From Lentisphaeria bacterium UBA1732 (lineage in GTDB: Bacteria; Verrucomicrobiota; Lentisphaeria; Victivallales; UBA1829): a stretch of DNA of 64,000 nucleotides. Shown in pieces: positions 28,851 through 38,695 of the stretch. The position numbers were made by a program, and so were the translations under genes. The notes beneath the pieces are model-generated. The model searched no databases and was not told the DNA's origin. It saw only the letters and a list, made by a program, of their open reading frames with translations. Positions within the stretch are counted from its first letter, which is position 1, and each line of letters starts with the position of its first letter. The stretch is from contig DCIG01000045.1 in NCBI GenBank assembly GCA_002315855.1, forward strand, positions 2,196-66,195. Direction: 5' to 3'.

Positions 28851-31787
28851 TCATTGTTTGGAGAACATATTTTTGAGGTATTTGACTAAGTCCTGAATTT
28901 TCTCTGCTGTAATATTCACGTTCACATCCAGCCTGATTCCCTGGAATCGGCATGGCACGCTGGATTTGATAAACGAATTCTGCTGTCCGTCAAAGGAATA
29001 ATACAGCGGCTGATTGGGCTTCCCGTCCAGCGACAGTGTTATTTTCAGATGATCCATTTTTTCACCGCTGGTTGCCATGCTCATGCGCACCCATGAATAC
29101 GTGAAATCTTTCAGTGCATCCTTGGAGAGTTCCATGGTGATACCCCCGTTTTCGTTCATCAGGTTTTCATTCACTGTTCCGCGGATCAGCCCGTCTTCGC
29201 CCGGCGTGGAGTACAGAAATGCGTCATCGAAATAAATGCTGTCCGGTGTGATATACACGGGGATTGTTCCGTTGAGTGCGCCTTCTCCCTGAATATCGCC
29301 CACGCCTGTTTGCGTCAGAAATTCCGCCAAATCCAGCCGGTCGCAGTACATGATTGCTTCGGACAGCGGATATTCCTTGCTGAGCAGTAAACTCCCCAGC
29401 CTGATATGCCCGCCGCACCATTTCATTGATGCGTTTTCCACTTGCCATGTCGTGGGCGACTCCATTCGGAATGTTACGCGGCAGTTTTCCGTTTCGATTT
29501 TGTCGAATTTGATTTTCTGAATTGTCAGCAATTGTCCCGGTTCTGACTTCAGCGTTGCCAAATCACATACCTTGAATCCTAAATCGAGCCCCTTGACTTC
29601 CAGTTTCTTTTCGGGGAATGCCACATCCATCCCGTGCACATTGATTTCCGCGTTTCCGGTCGGCTTTTTCCCCGGCGTGAAACTGCAGTTGACCTTTCCT
29701 TTGACATTTCCCGTGCAGGAAATATTTTCAAACTGCGGGAAGAAGACACCGATGTCTTCGGTGAGATTGAGCTCCTGTTCAGGAATCTCAAAGATACCGT
29801 TCATCATGACACCGCCGAGCAAATCCAGGTCTGCTTTCAGATTTGTCTTGATTCCGCGCACATCGATCCCGGAATCGAGTTTCAGCCCCTTTCCGGTCCA
29901 GCCGATTTTTCCACCTGCTGCGGCAGTTTCAATCCCGTCGTAAATCACATTTTTGATGCCGATTTTTCCCTGCAATGGCTTTTCTGCTTCTGCGATGACC
30001 TCATTGTCCTCCGGCTTTTCAGTCTCCTCTTCCTCCGTTTTTTCCGACTTTGCAATCGTCTGTTCAAACGGCAGACTCCAATTGATTCCGATTGCCGCCG
30101 TCTTGAAATCCGGCATAAGCAAATCCGACACGGCACATTCCGCCTTGCCTGACACGGCCCCGCCGTTCAGTTGTGCGTTCAGCTTCACTTCCGGCGCGGT
30201 ATAGGTGAGATTCGGCGACTCCATCTTGACTTTCATGCCGGAAAGTATCGTTTCCGCTGCATATTTCTTGAAATCGTGCGTCTGGGCATACATATTCAAA
30301 CGCTCGAAATTTCCCTTGATGCCGTTGAAAGCCCCCTCGATTTCATTGCATCCCAGATTGGCCGTCATCATTTTTGAGGTCCCCTTGCCGGCGAATGTCC
30401 CCTCAAGCATGACATCCCCGATTTTCCCCGTGATTCCGTTCTGTTCTGCCGTCAGGTCTTTTGCCTTGAAAATTCCTGTAACATTCAGGCTTTCTTCTTC
30501 CCGGTTATGCTCGAACGCCACTTCCAGTTTTTCGGGGATGCACCCCGTCTGAATCCCCTGATAGTTCAGCCTGAATTTCGGACGGTTGCTGAGTGCCGCA
30601 GTAACTTTCGAGTAACCCGGCTCCGTTGTCCCCTCTATCTCGAAAAGTGCCGCCTCCGAATCTGCGATTTTCGTCTTGAAACTCCCCTTGACCGTATGGT
30701 TCGGCAGAGACAGCTCCCCCTCAATCCCGCTGACTTCCACAGGGATTCCCCCATATTCGGCGGCAAGCTCATCCAGCGAAAATGCGAAACATCCGTTTTC
30801 TTTTACCTGAAGCAGATACGGCGATTCCACTTTCAACTGATAGACCTTGTTCTGATCTCTCAGGCTGAAATTGAGTTTCCCGCTGACCGACGTCCCTTCC
30901 TGAATACTCAGCGTGTTCAGGTCCAGCTCCGCTTCCGAAGTCAGATTGATGCCTCCCCTCAGTCCGCGCGGCAGATAATTGCGTATCGTTCTCGACAGAG
31001 AATTGGTGGACACATTGATTTGACCGGGGCTGATTTTCAGCCGTTTGTCCTTGTGCCGGTATTCTGCCTGTACTCTTATGCTGTTGCTTGCGTTGTGGAT
31101 GGCAAGATCACATTTGAGCTTGTTCCACTTTTCTTCGGAATCGGTTTCTGCATGGACGCGGTAGGCGAAATACACCAAATCGACCGATTCCTCTTCAAGA
31201 ATCGTCAGAATGACATTCCCCGACACTATGATTTTCTCGACCTGCACAGGAATAACCTTGTTCAGGTCGCTGACAGGTTCATTCTTGCTTGTGCTTGTTT
31301 CCCCGCCGTCTTTCTTCATAAATCCTTTTACGAAAAGCTCATATATCGGAAACTTGAAAGACATTTCATCCGTTTGTGTACACAGAAAATCGCAGTTTTT
31401 CAGTTCGACGCTCTCGATTTTCCCTTTCATCAGCTCAAGTGGACGGTATTGGATTGTGATTGCCCCGATGCTGCCCACGCGGTGTGCTTGATTGGCATCC
31501 GCACTTTCCTCTTTGAACGTACATGCCACCTCTGCCGAATGAAAATTGATGTATTTGATTTGGAAATCCATTTTCCCTTTTTCGGACATCGAGTTTAACA
31601 GCTCATTGATTTTGTTTTCAATCAGCTGCGGTCCGAAATGTGCCACGGCTCCCGCTCCGGCCAGTGCGATGCACAGCAGTGTCAGCAGTACGATGATCAG
31701 CACGGCCCATATCTTAGCTCGTTTGGCCTTGCGTTCGATTGCTTCTGCCTTCAGCTTCATTTGGATGTTTTGCAATGTTTCCGACAT
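28851..31787 (-). CDS. ydbH: YdbH-like AsmA-family protein (intermembrane lipid-transport candidate)
   Basis: About 978 aa from ATG 31787. N-terminal TM anchor, a long beta-rich body, and a C-terminal region 'GEGALNGTIPVYI....FLYSTPGEDGLI' resembling the DctA-YdbH domain. The start is ambiguous; the track ORF begins at 31892. Confidence 0.7.
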   Translation of the reverse strand: MSETLQNIQMKLKAEAIERKAKRAKIWAVLIIVLLTLLCIALAGAGAVAHFGPQLIENKINELLNSMSEKGKMDFQIKYINFHSAEVACTFKEESADANQAHRVGSIGAITIQYRPLELMKGKIESVELKNCDFLCTQTDEMSFKFPIYELFVKGFMKKDGGETSTSKNEPVSDLNKVIPVQVEKIIVSGNVILTILEEESVDLVYFAYRVHAETDSEEKWNKLKCDLAIHNASNSIRVQAEYRHKDKRLKISPGQINVSTNSLSRTIRNYLPRGLRGGINLTSEAELDLNTLSIQEGTSVSGKLNFSLRDQNKVYQLKVESPYLLQVKENGCFAFSLDELAAEYGGIPVEVSGIEGELSLPNHTVKGSFKTKIADSEAALFEIEGTTEPGYSKVTAALSNRPKFRLNYQGIQTGCIPEKLEVAFEHNREEESLNVTGIFKAKDLTAEQNGITGKIGDVMLEGTFAGKGTSKMMTANLGCNEIEGAFNGIKGNFERLNMYAQTHDFKKYAAETILSGMKVKMESPNLTYTAPEVKLNAQLNGGAVSGKAECAVSDLLMPDFKTAAIGINWSLPFEQTIAKSEKTEEEETEKPEDNEVIAEAEKPLQGKIGIKNVIYDGIETAAAGGKIGWTGKGLKLDSGIDVRGIKTNLKADLDLLGGVMMNGIFEIPEQELNLTEDIGVFFPQFENISCTGNVKGKVNCSFTPGKKPTGNAEINVHGMDVAFPEKKLEVKGLDLGFKVCDLATLKSEPGQLLTIQKIKFDKIETENCRVTFRMESPTTWQVENASMKWCGGHIRLGSLLLSKEYPLSEAIMYCDRLDLAEFLTQTGVGDIQGEGALNGTIPVYITPDSIYFDDAFLYSTPGEDGLIRGTVNENLMNENGGITMELSKDALKDFTYSWVRMSMATSGEKMDHLKITLSLDGKPNQPLYYSFDGQQNSFIKSSVPCRFQGIRLDVNVNITAEKIQDLVKYLKNMFSKQ

Positions 31788-32036
31788 GCTTTCTTGACCT
31801 TGCTTTTTGCTTTTGTGGAAGATTTTTCCTGATTTGCATGTGTTCCCTTTGCAGATAGAATCTCTTGTCCCTCGCAAATCATTTCTTCGCACTATAATAT
31901 ATTCTGTTTTCTTGCGTATTTCAATTCTGAATCATGCGTTTTTCGCTTTTTTTGTGCCATTCTCTTCAATCCTTTACGTGATTTTCCCATGCCTCATTTT
32001 TTGCAGAAAAAAATCCGTTTACAGCATCTTTTTCCC

Positions 32037-32064
32037 TTGCATTTTCGTCCGCACATGTTATAGT
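32037..32064 (+). promoter_or_regulatory. sigma70-like promoter candidate for the membrane-protein cassette
   Basis: TTGCAT (32037-32042), 16-nt spacer, TATAGT (32059-32064). 37 nt upstream of the ATG at 32102. Confidence 0.45.
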
Positions 32065-32101
32065 ATCTCCGTAAAAACGAAAAAAATAAGGGTATTTCAA
32101 T

Positions 32102-32935
32102 ATGTTATCAAAATGTAAATCTCTCATCATCTTTCTTTTGCTTGCTCTGTGTCCGTATGTCTTTGCGGATATAATTAGCCCGGACATTCCTCCTCAACCG
32201 AATAATTCGTATCTGTTTTTATTGTCAGAAATGGTTGCTCCTTTTTGCATGTACAATGAACTTCTCTCCATGGGAGCTCCCAATACACTTCATAAGCTGA
32301 TTCCGTATCTTTTTTTTGGCTGGGGCATTCTTTTGTATGCGTTGGCTTTCACCATGATTGTCCGGCAGCCGCAGGATTTTACTCCGCCGGAGAAGCCTTC
32401 GCGTTCCGAACTCCTTTTGACGGTTTCCTTGCCGTGTCTGTCTGTTCTGATTTTGGTTCTGTCTGACAATTTTTTATCTTATCTGCCAGGTATGCTGACT
32501 TGTCTTTTCATCGCCTGTCTCACGAATTTGGCTTGGATTTTTCTGAAACAGCCTCATTTTTGCTCATTTCGCTCCTCTCTCAGCTGGCATCTTTTTGCCG
32601 AAGCCTGTACGATTCTTTCAGCATATCTGATGTATGACTGTCTGTTATGGATTTCTTGTGTTCCCGGAGTGCTATATAGCAATCTTCGTATCAGGGGCGA
32701 ATACGGCCCGGATCCTTCTTCTTCCTCTTTTCTTTTGAAGTTTTTGTCTCTGCCCCTTTTGCTGCTGCTTTTCGTCCTGATTCCGTTCATTCCTTTCATC
32801 TTTTTGCGCATTTCTCTTTATCTCAATAAAACTTCAAAGCGGCGGTCTGTCCTTTTGAAGATTTCGCTTGTTTCGTTCTTGCTGATGAGTCTGCTTTACG
32901 GGGCTTTCCTTTTTCAGATTAACTTCTTTTTTTAG
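32102..32935 (+). CDS. polytopic membrane protein, unknown family
   Basis: 277 aa with a signal-like N-terminus and 7 or more hydrophobic segments. It is Cys-, Phe- and Leu-rich. No motif recognised. Confidence 0.5.
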   Translation: MLSKCKSLIIFLLLALCPYVFADIISPDIPPQPNNSYLFLLSEMVAPFCMYNELLSMGAPNTLHKLIPYLFFGWGILLYALAFTMIVRQPQDFTPPEKPSRSELLLTVSLPCLSVLILVLSDNFLSYLPGMLTCLFIACLTNLAWIFLKQPHFCSFRSSLSWHLFAEACTILSAYLMYDCLLWISCVPGVLYSNLRIRGEYGPDPSSSSFLLKFLSLPLLLLLFVLIPFIPFIFLRISLYLNKTSKRRSVLLKISLVSFLLMSLLYGAFLFQINFFF

Positions 32936-32944
32936 GATAAACTG

Positions 32945-34051
32945 ATGAAACTTTCACATGATTTCGGGACATTTCCCCTTCAACTTCATCTTGGTATTCA
33001 GCATCTCCTTGTGGATGCTGTTTGTGCGGCGGCCATCTTTGCCCCTGCCTGCGAACGCCTTGCGCAGTACAATGGTGTTGTATTCATGGATGAGGATAAA
33101 TTTGTTTTCTTCGCCGGAATTGCCATTGCCGTTTACAATACCATGGCATTTTGCACCCAGTGGCTGACCGGGCTCTTCTGCGACTTTCTTGACCGCGACC
33201 GCTCCGTTCAGATTGCCTCGGTGGCACTGCTTCTTTCCGGTGTATTCCTGAGTATGTTGATTCCCATAAAAGCCGCCATTTTGCTGGGGATAGGCAATAG
33301 TCTTTTTCACGTATCCGGCGGACGCTGTGTCATTCGTGAAAGCGGCGGCAAGGCTTTTCCTCTGGGGGCATTTGTTGCTCCCGGCGCAATCGGGTTGTTT
33401 CTGGGAACTTCGCTGGGCGGCACGTTTTTCTGGCTTCTTCCGCTTCTCTGCATCTGTCTCATTGTGAATCTTGGGGTCTTGTGCTTCCTCATGAAAAAAA
33501 CTGCTCCCGCTGCCTCTCCCGCAGAAAATCTCTCCTCGCCGTTGCCTCTTTCTGCCGGAAAAATCTTGTTCATTGCCGTTCTTGTCCTGACTTGCATTGT
33601 CTGCCGTGCGGCTTCCGGCAGTGTTGCTCTTGATGGCGATGATTTTTCTCTTTCCTGGAAATGGGTTCCTGTCCTGTTTGTCTTCCTTGGCAAATTCTGG
33701 GGCGGTGCTTTCGGCGACTGTTTCGGCATAACTCCTGTTGGCGTTGTCGCCTTGATTGCCGGTACACTTCTCCTTTGTTTCGGACACAGCAGTGATACAT
33801 TCCTTGCCGCACAGTTTTGTATGAATTTCCTGATGGCATTGACCTTGTTTCTGTTGGCGCGGGCGTTGCCGCAGACGCCGGGACTTGCTTTCGGACTTGC
33901 CGCCTCGGTGCTGTATCCCGGCAGTCTGATTCGCCTGACCGGATCGCCTTATATGATTCTGGTTACTCTTTCCGCGTGCAGTGTTTTGTGCTTTTTTGTT
34001 GCATCCCGTCTTCTTCTGAATCACCCGCAAAAAGACAAGGAGGGTATTTGA
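32945..34051 (+). CDS. polytopic membrane protein, unknown family
   Basis: 368 aa with about 10 hydrophobic segments and many intramembrane Cys residues. It starts 9 nt after the previous stop. Confidence 0.5.
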   Translation: MKLSHDFGTFPLQLHLGIQHLLVDAVCAAAIFAPACERLAQYNGVVFMDEDKFVFFAGIAIAVYNTMAFCTQWLTGLFCDFLDRDRSVQIASVALLLSGVFLSMLIPIKAAILLGIGNSLFHVSGGRCVIRESGGKAFPLGAFVAPGAIGLFLGTSLGGTFFWLLPLLCICLIVNLGVLCFLMKKTAPAASPAENLSSPLPLSAGKILFIAVLVLTCIVCRAASGSVALDGDDFSLSWKWVPVLFVFLGKFWGGAFGDCFGITPVGVVALIAGTLLLCFGHSSDTFLAAQFCMNFLMALTLFLLARALPQTPGLAFGLAASVLYPGSLIRLTGSPYMILVTLSACSVLCFFVASRLLLNHPQKDKEGI

Positions 34052-34052
34052 T

Positions 34053-34406
34053 TTGAAAGACTTGCTGTCCTGTTTCTTTTATGCGGGGATAACCCTCGCG
34101 ATTGAATGCCTTTTCTGGTGTTTTTTCCCCCCGTATCGACGCATCCGCTTCCTTTTGTGGTGCGCCGTGGTGAATCTTTTTTCCAATATCACCCTGAATG
34201 TCTTCCTCGGATTTCACAGTTATGCAGTGAATAGTTTGTTGTCCCCCTTGGTTCTGGCAGGCGAAGTGGTGGTGGTCATCGTGGAGTTTGCGCTCCTTTA
34301 CATGCTGGAACGCTCTCAGGCGAAACGCCTTTTCCTGCTTACGTTCCTTGCCAACCTCATTACCTATTCATGCAGTTTTCTCTTCCTTCTGTTTGACGCC
34401 GCCTGA
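34053..34406 (+). CDS. small 4-TM membrane protein, unknown family
   Basis: 117 aa. The TTG start is 1 nt after the previous stop. It has four hydrophobic helices. Confidence 0.4.
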   Translation: MKDLLSCFFYAGITLAIECLFWCFFPPYRRIRFLLWCAVVNLFSNITLNVFLGFHSYAVNSLLSPLVLAGEVVVVIVEFALLYMLERSQAKRLFLLTFLANLITYSCSFLFLLFDAA

Positions 34407-34426
34407 TTTCCCCCTTTTGAAGGACA

Positions 34427-34462
34427 AAAAAAACACCCCGCCTCGTTTTGTATTCGGGGCAG
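34427..34462 (-). terminator. rho-independent terminator after ddc
   Basis: On the minus strand: stem gccccg / cggggt with a 14-nt loop, followed by T8 (complement of the A-run 34427-34434). It lies 31 nt past the ddc stop. Confidence 0.5.
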
Positions 34463-34492
34463 GGCGTTGAACTCGATTTTTGATCGCGTCCC

Positions 34493-35950
34493 TCATCGGA
34501 GCGACAGGATTAACTTCAACAGTTCATCAAGTCGTTCGTGCGTCAGTCGCGGATTCAGCAGGGTGAATTTCAGGCACACATGTCCGTGGCACACGGTTTG
34601 ACCGATGACCACGCCTTCGTGATGCATCAGGGCTCGGCGCACACGTTTGTTCAGCGTGTCGGCATCTTCCTTGCAGCCTTCCGGCGGGAGCAGACGGAAT
34701 ACGACCGAGCTGATTTCCGGCTCTGTAACGGTCTCGATTTCCCGGTTCGCTTTCAGCAGTCCATGGAAATACGCGGCATTGTCGATGCACGTTGTAATGA
34801 TTTTTGCCCAGCCGTCGCGTCCGCGCATACGGAACGACATCCACACTTTCAGCGCATCGAATCTGCGGGTCGTCTGCAATGACTTGTTGACCAAGTTGAT
34901 ATACCCGTCTCCTTCGTCCTCTTCCCGGTTCAGATAATCCGCATGGATGGTCAGCATGTCGAAATACTTCCCGTCCCGAATCAGAGAGGCACTGCAGCTG
35001 ATAGGCAGCAGGAACATCTTGTGAAAATCCACGGTGATGGAATCGCACTTGCTCAGTCCGTCCACCCGGCAGGCGTATTTGGGCGACAGAATCACGCCGC
35101 TTCCGTAAGCCGCGTCTGCATGAAGCCACATATTGTGTTCATCGCAGATGCTTCGCAGTTCTTTCAGCGGGTCGATGCTTCCGAAATCGGTTGTTCCCAC
35201 GGTCGCGGCGACGCAGAATGGCAGATTCCCCTCCGCAGCATCCTGTTCGACCAGTTCCCGCAGTTTCACGGCATCCATTTTCATGGCGTTGTCCACAGGC
35301 ACTTTCACGACGCATTCACAGCCAAGCCCCATGAGTTGTGCACTCTTTTCCATGGAGAAATGAGAAATTTCCGAGGTATACATGCGCAGCTTGCGGAAAT
35401 TTTCAGGCAGTCCGTGTTTCCGGATGTCCCGGTGCATGACCTCATTGCAGTAACGGTCTCTGGCAAGCAGCAGTCCGGAGAGATTCGACTGCGAGCCGCC
35501 GGATGTGAAAACTCCGTCGCTCGTCTTTTCGTCATACCCGTAGAGCTTGCACAGGTTGCGGATGACTTCCACCTCGATTTCCGTTGCGGCGGGCGACTGA
35601 TCCCACGAATCCATGGACTGATTGAATGTCGCTATCACCAGTTCGGCGGCGATGGACTCCAGCAGTGCCGGTCCGTGCAGATGTGCCATATAACACGTTG
35701 ACATCGGACGCACCAGATTGGGCAGGATTTTCGTCTGCGTTTCGTTCAGGATTTCGTCGAACCCCACTCCCGTTTCAGGAAGCAGTTCATCCGTATGCAG
35801 AAATTCCCGCAATTCTCGCGGCGGCATTCCTGCGTATGCTTTTTCATGCGTCATGGAGGCGGTGATTGCTCGAATCGCCGCTTCCATGATGGCTGTATAT
35901 TGTTCTTTGTCGGACTCGCAGGAAGTCAGAAAATAATCACTTTTTGACAT
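34493..35950 (-). CDS. ddc: L-2,4-diaminobutyrate decarboxylase (group II PLP decarboxylase)
   Basis: 'MAHLHGPALLESIAAELVIATFNQSMDSWDQSPAATEIE', the 'SGGSQSN' block and the PLP-Lys region 'DFHKMF' match. The start at ATG 35950 (MSKSDYF) overlaps the dat stop by 14 nt. Confidence 0.85.
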   Translation of the reverse strand: MSKSDYFLTSCESDKEQYTAIMEAAIRAITASMTHEKAYAGMPPRELREFLHTDELLPETGVGFDEILNETQTKILPNLVRPMSTCYMAHLHGPALLESIAAELVIATFNQSMDSWDQSPAATEIEVEVIRNLCKLYGYDEKTSDGVFTSGGSQSNLSGLLLARDRYCNEVMHRDIRKHGLPENFRKLRMYTSEISHFSMEKSAQLMGLGCECVVKVPVDNAMKMDAVKLRELVEQDAAEGNLPFCVAATVGTTDFGSIDPLKELRSICDEHNMWLHADAAYGSGVILSPKYACRVDGLSKCDSITVDFHKMFLLPISCSASLIRDGKYFDMLTIHADYLNREEDEGDGYINLVNKSLQTTRRFDALKVWMSFRMRGRDGWAKIITTCIDNAAYFHGLLKANREIETVTEPEISSVVFRLLPPEGCKEDADTLNKRVRRALMHHEGVVIGQTVCHGHVCLKFTLLNPRLTHERLDELLKLILSLR

Positions 35951-37331
35951 CTTTGTCCACCTCGACGACAACTTTTTCGAAGATGTCGAGCATGGTGTTG
36001 AGGTCTTCAAACGACACATTCAGGGCGCACAGACAGCGCATCACGGCTCCGTTGCGTCCGCCTTTTTCCATTACGAGTTTGTTCAGGAAGCATTCATGCT
36101 GGACACGGGCGGCGATTTCTCCGCTGGCGGGGAGCGAGCCCAGACAGTCGGGCTGTCCGTTCGGGTCTACAAACTCACAGCCGGACATCAGACCTTTGCC
36201 GCGAATATCGCCGATGATGGACACTTTTTCTTTCAGTTCATTCATCCGCTTGCGCAGAATTTCGCCTTTTTCGCGTACTTCCGCCAGAAATTCCGGCTTG
36301 GAAACCCGGTTCATGACCACGGTCCCGGCACGCATGGCGAGCTGGTTGCCGCGGAATGTCCCCGCATGTGCGCCCGGCTGCCATTTGTCGAGGGCGCTGT
36401 TGTAAACAACGACGGAGCACGGCTGGGATCCGCCGATTGCCTTCGAGACCAGAATCACATCCGGCACGATGTCGGCGTATTCAAATGCGAAGAAGCGGCC
36501 GGAACGTCCCACGCCGCACTGGATTTCGTCCACGATCATCGGAATATCCAGTTCTTTCGTCACTCTGCGCACGGTCTGTAGAAATTCCACAGGAGCAGGA
36601 ATCACGCCGCCTTCTCCCTGAATCGGTTCCAGAATGACTGCCGCAGGACGCGTAATCCCGCTTTCCGGGTCTTTCAGCACACGTTCAAAATACTGGCAGC
36701 AGGCGCGTGTACCCGCTTCTCCGCCCAGACCGAACGGGCAGCGGTAGGAATACGGATACGGCATGAAATGCACTTCCGGCATCAGCGCGGGTACTTTGGA
36801 TTTTGCGTTCAGATTGCCGGTCAGTGACATCGCTCCATGACCCATGCCATGGTAGCCGCCTGAAAAGGCAATCACGGAACTTCTTCCCGTCGCTGTTTTG
36901 CACAGTTTGATGGCTGCGTCTACGGCATCCGTGCCGGACGGACTGCAAAACTGTATCTTCGCAACAGGCTGCATTTCTTTCGGAAGCAGAGAAATTAATG
37001 TATGGACGAATTTGTCCTTTACGGGCGTCATCAGGTCCAGCGTATGCAGAGGAGCATCGTTCTGAAGCATTTCGATCATTGCTTCTTTGATTTCGGGATC
37101 GTTGTGTCCCAGTGCCAGGGTACCGGCTCCGCATAGGAAGTCCAAATATCGGTTCCCCTCGACGTCTTCAATCCATGAACCTTTCGCCTTGACTAACGAG
37201 AATGGAAATTTTCTGGGGTAACTTCTTGCGTTCGACTCGGTTTGTGCCTGCCGAACCATATAATCTGCATTCGTTACCGGTTTCCCGCCATAATCGGCGT
37301 TTTCGTCCTGAAATTCTTTTTTAAGTTCCAT
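35937..37331 (-). CDS. dat: diaminobutyrate--2-oxoglutarate aminotransferase (class III)
   Basis: 'ESNARSYPRKFPFSLVKAKGSWIEDVEGNRYLDFLCGAGTLALGHN' and the 'DEIQCGVGRSG' block match. I prefer the start at ATG 37331 (MELKKEF); a longer ORF reaches 37409. Confidence 0.85.
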   Translation of the reverse strand: MELKKEFQDENADYGGKPVTNADYMVRQAQTESNARSYPRKFPFSLVKAKGSWIEDVEGNRYLDFLCGAGTLALGHNDPEIKEAMIEMLQNDAPLHTLDLMTPVKDKFVHTLISLLPKEMQPVAKIQFCSPSGTDAVDAAIKLCKTATGRSSVIAFSGGYHGMGHGAMSLTGNLNAKSKVPALMPEVHFMPYPYSYRCPFGLGGEAGTRACCQYFERVLKDPESGITRPAAVILEPIQGEGGVIPAPVEFLQTVRRVTKELDIPMIVDEIQCGVGRSGRFFAFEYADIVPDVILVSKAIGGSQPCSVVVYNSALDKWQPGAHAGTFRGNQLAMRAGTVVMNRVSKPEFLAEVREKGEILRKRMNELKEKVSIIGDIRGKGLMSGCEFVDPNGQPDCLGSLPASGEIAARVQHECFLNKLVMEKGGRNGAVMRCLCALNVSFEDLNTMLDIFEKVVVEVDKDVKK

Positions 37332-37722
37332 TTTAATAGAACCCTTCTCTGTTCCGGAATTGAGCCTCGCTTCCGTGTTTCTTGTTAAAAAGTAACGGCT
37401 GAGTTCCATTGGACGGTGGAATATCAGCCTTTATGGATCACCCTGTTCTCATGTCCCGTCGTCCTCTCGCGGTCATCTTGATGTCGCGGACTTCATGCCG
37501 GCTATGAAAACAAAGCATGTTTAAATTACACCCTTTTTCGGAAATATCAAAAGAAATATTCAAAAAAAAGAGAAATATCTTCATTTTTCTTGATACTGCA
37601 TACTTTCACTCAAAATTTTGGGCAAAATCGTTGATTTGATTTGATTTTCACTGAAACAATGCTATTTTTACGGTGTTTTGCGGTGTGTGAAACATGAATC
37701 TCCTGAAGTGAAAGGCTTTCTG

Positions 37723-38695
37723 ATGAAAAAAAATAGCCCTGCTGTTTACCATATTCACTGTTTTGTTTTCTTTTGTTTTCACGCTGTATGCAGCCGATGA
37801 TTCCGAAAAAAAAGAAAAGGCTGTGGTTACTTCCGGTGTCTTAATCAATCGAATTGATTCGTTCGACATTAAAACGGGGGAGGCTTTGATTGATTTTTGG
37901 TACTGGTCTGTCGCCGAATTTGAGAATCAGCTTTCGACTCTTGAACTTTGCAATGGTCATTTGGAACCTCAGTTGATGGATACGGTCAGAATGGAAAAAG
38001 ACGGTTTGTATTATGAATCGCAGAGGTATCTTGCCACGGTTTACGGAGGAATTAATCTCAATCGTTTCCCGTTTGACCAACAAACTGTCTCTCTTGTTTT
38101 TGAGGATAGCAATCTTACCGAAGATGATATGATTTTTAAGCCGGACCATCTGAATAGCGGTTATGACAAACATTATCAGATGTGCGAGTGGGACATTAAA
38201 AAAATATCGTATTCGGTAAAATCCTGCCGCTGCGAGACCAGTTTCGGTTATTTGGACATCCCAAGCGGGCAGGGCAGCACTTATTCAAGACTATGCGTCG
38301 ATTTGGAATTGGACCGGCGAGGCTCCATTATGCAGAAAGTTTTCAAATATTTCTGGACAATCTTCGTTTCGGTTATCGTTGGTCTCCTTGCTATGTTTAT
38401 CAGTGTGAAAAATTTAGGCCCTCGTTTTTCCATGGCGATTGGTTCGCTCTTCGCCAATGTAGGATGTTCTTACACCCTGTCGGAGAAACTGCCGAAATCT
38501 CCCAGTCCTACTTGTGCCGAAATCATTTCCTATATCTCTTTGGGTATTATTTTTATCGTGCTGGCGGAATCTATTTTATCCCTCACTCTCTATAATCAAG
38601 GAAAAGAGCATTTGTCCAAAAAACTTGACCACGGAACTTTCTTTCTGGCTCTGATTGCCTACGGCGTTTCGTGCGCATGGATGATTTATGCGTAA
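37723..38695 (+). CDS. prokaryotic pentameric ligand-gated ion channel (GLIC/ELIC-type) homologue; the ATG and signal-peptide start are out of frame with the body at an A8 tract
   Basis: The beta-rich ectodomain carries the Cys-loop-equivalent motif 'FPFDQQTVSLVFEDS'. Pre-M1 'DRRG', four TM helices (M1-M4) with 'LPK' after M2, and a short M3-M4 loop are present. The continuous ORF starts only at TTG 37763. The ATG at 37723 has a GAAAGG RBS and would encode MKKIALLFTIFTVLFSFVFTLYA only if the A8 run (37726-37733) were A7. Confidence 0.7.
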
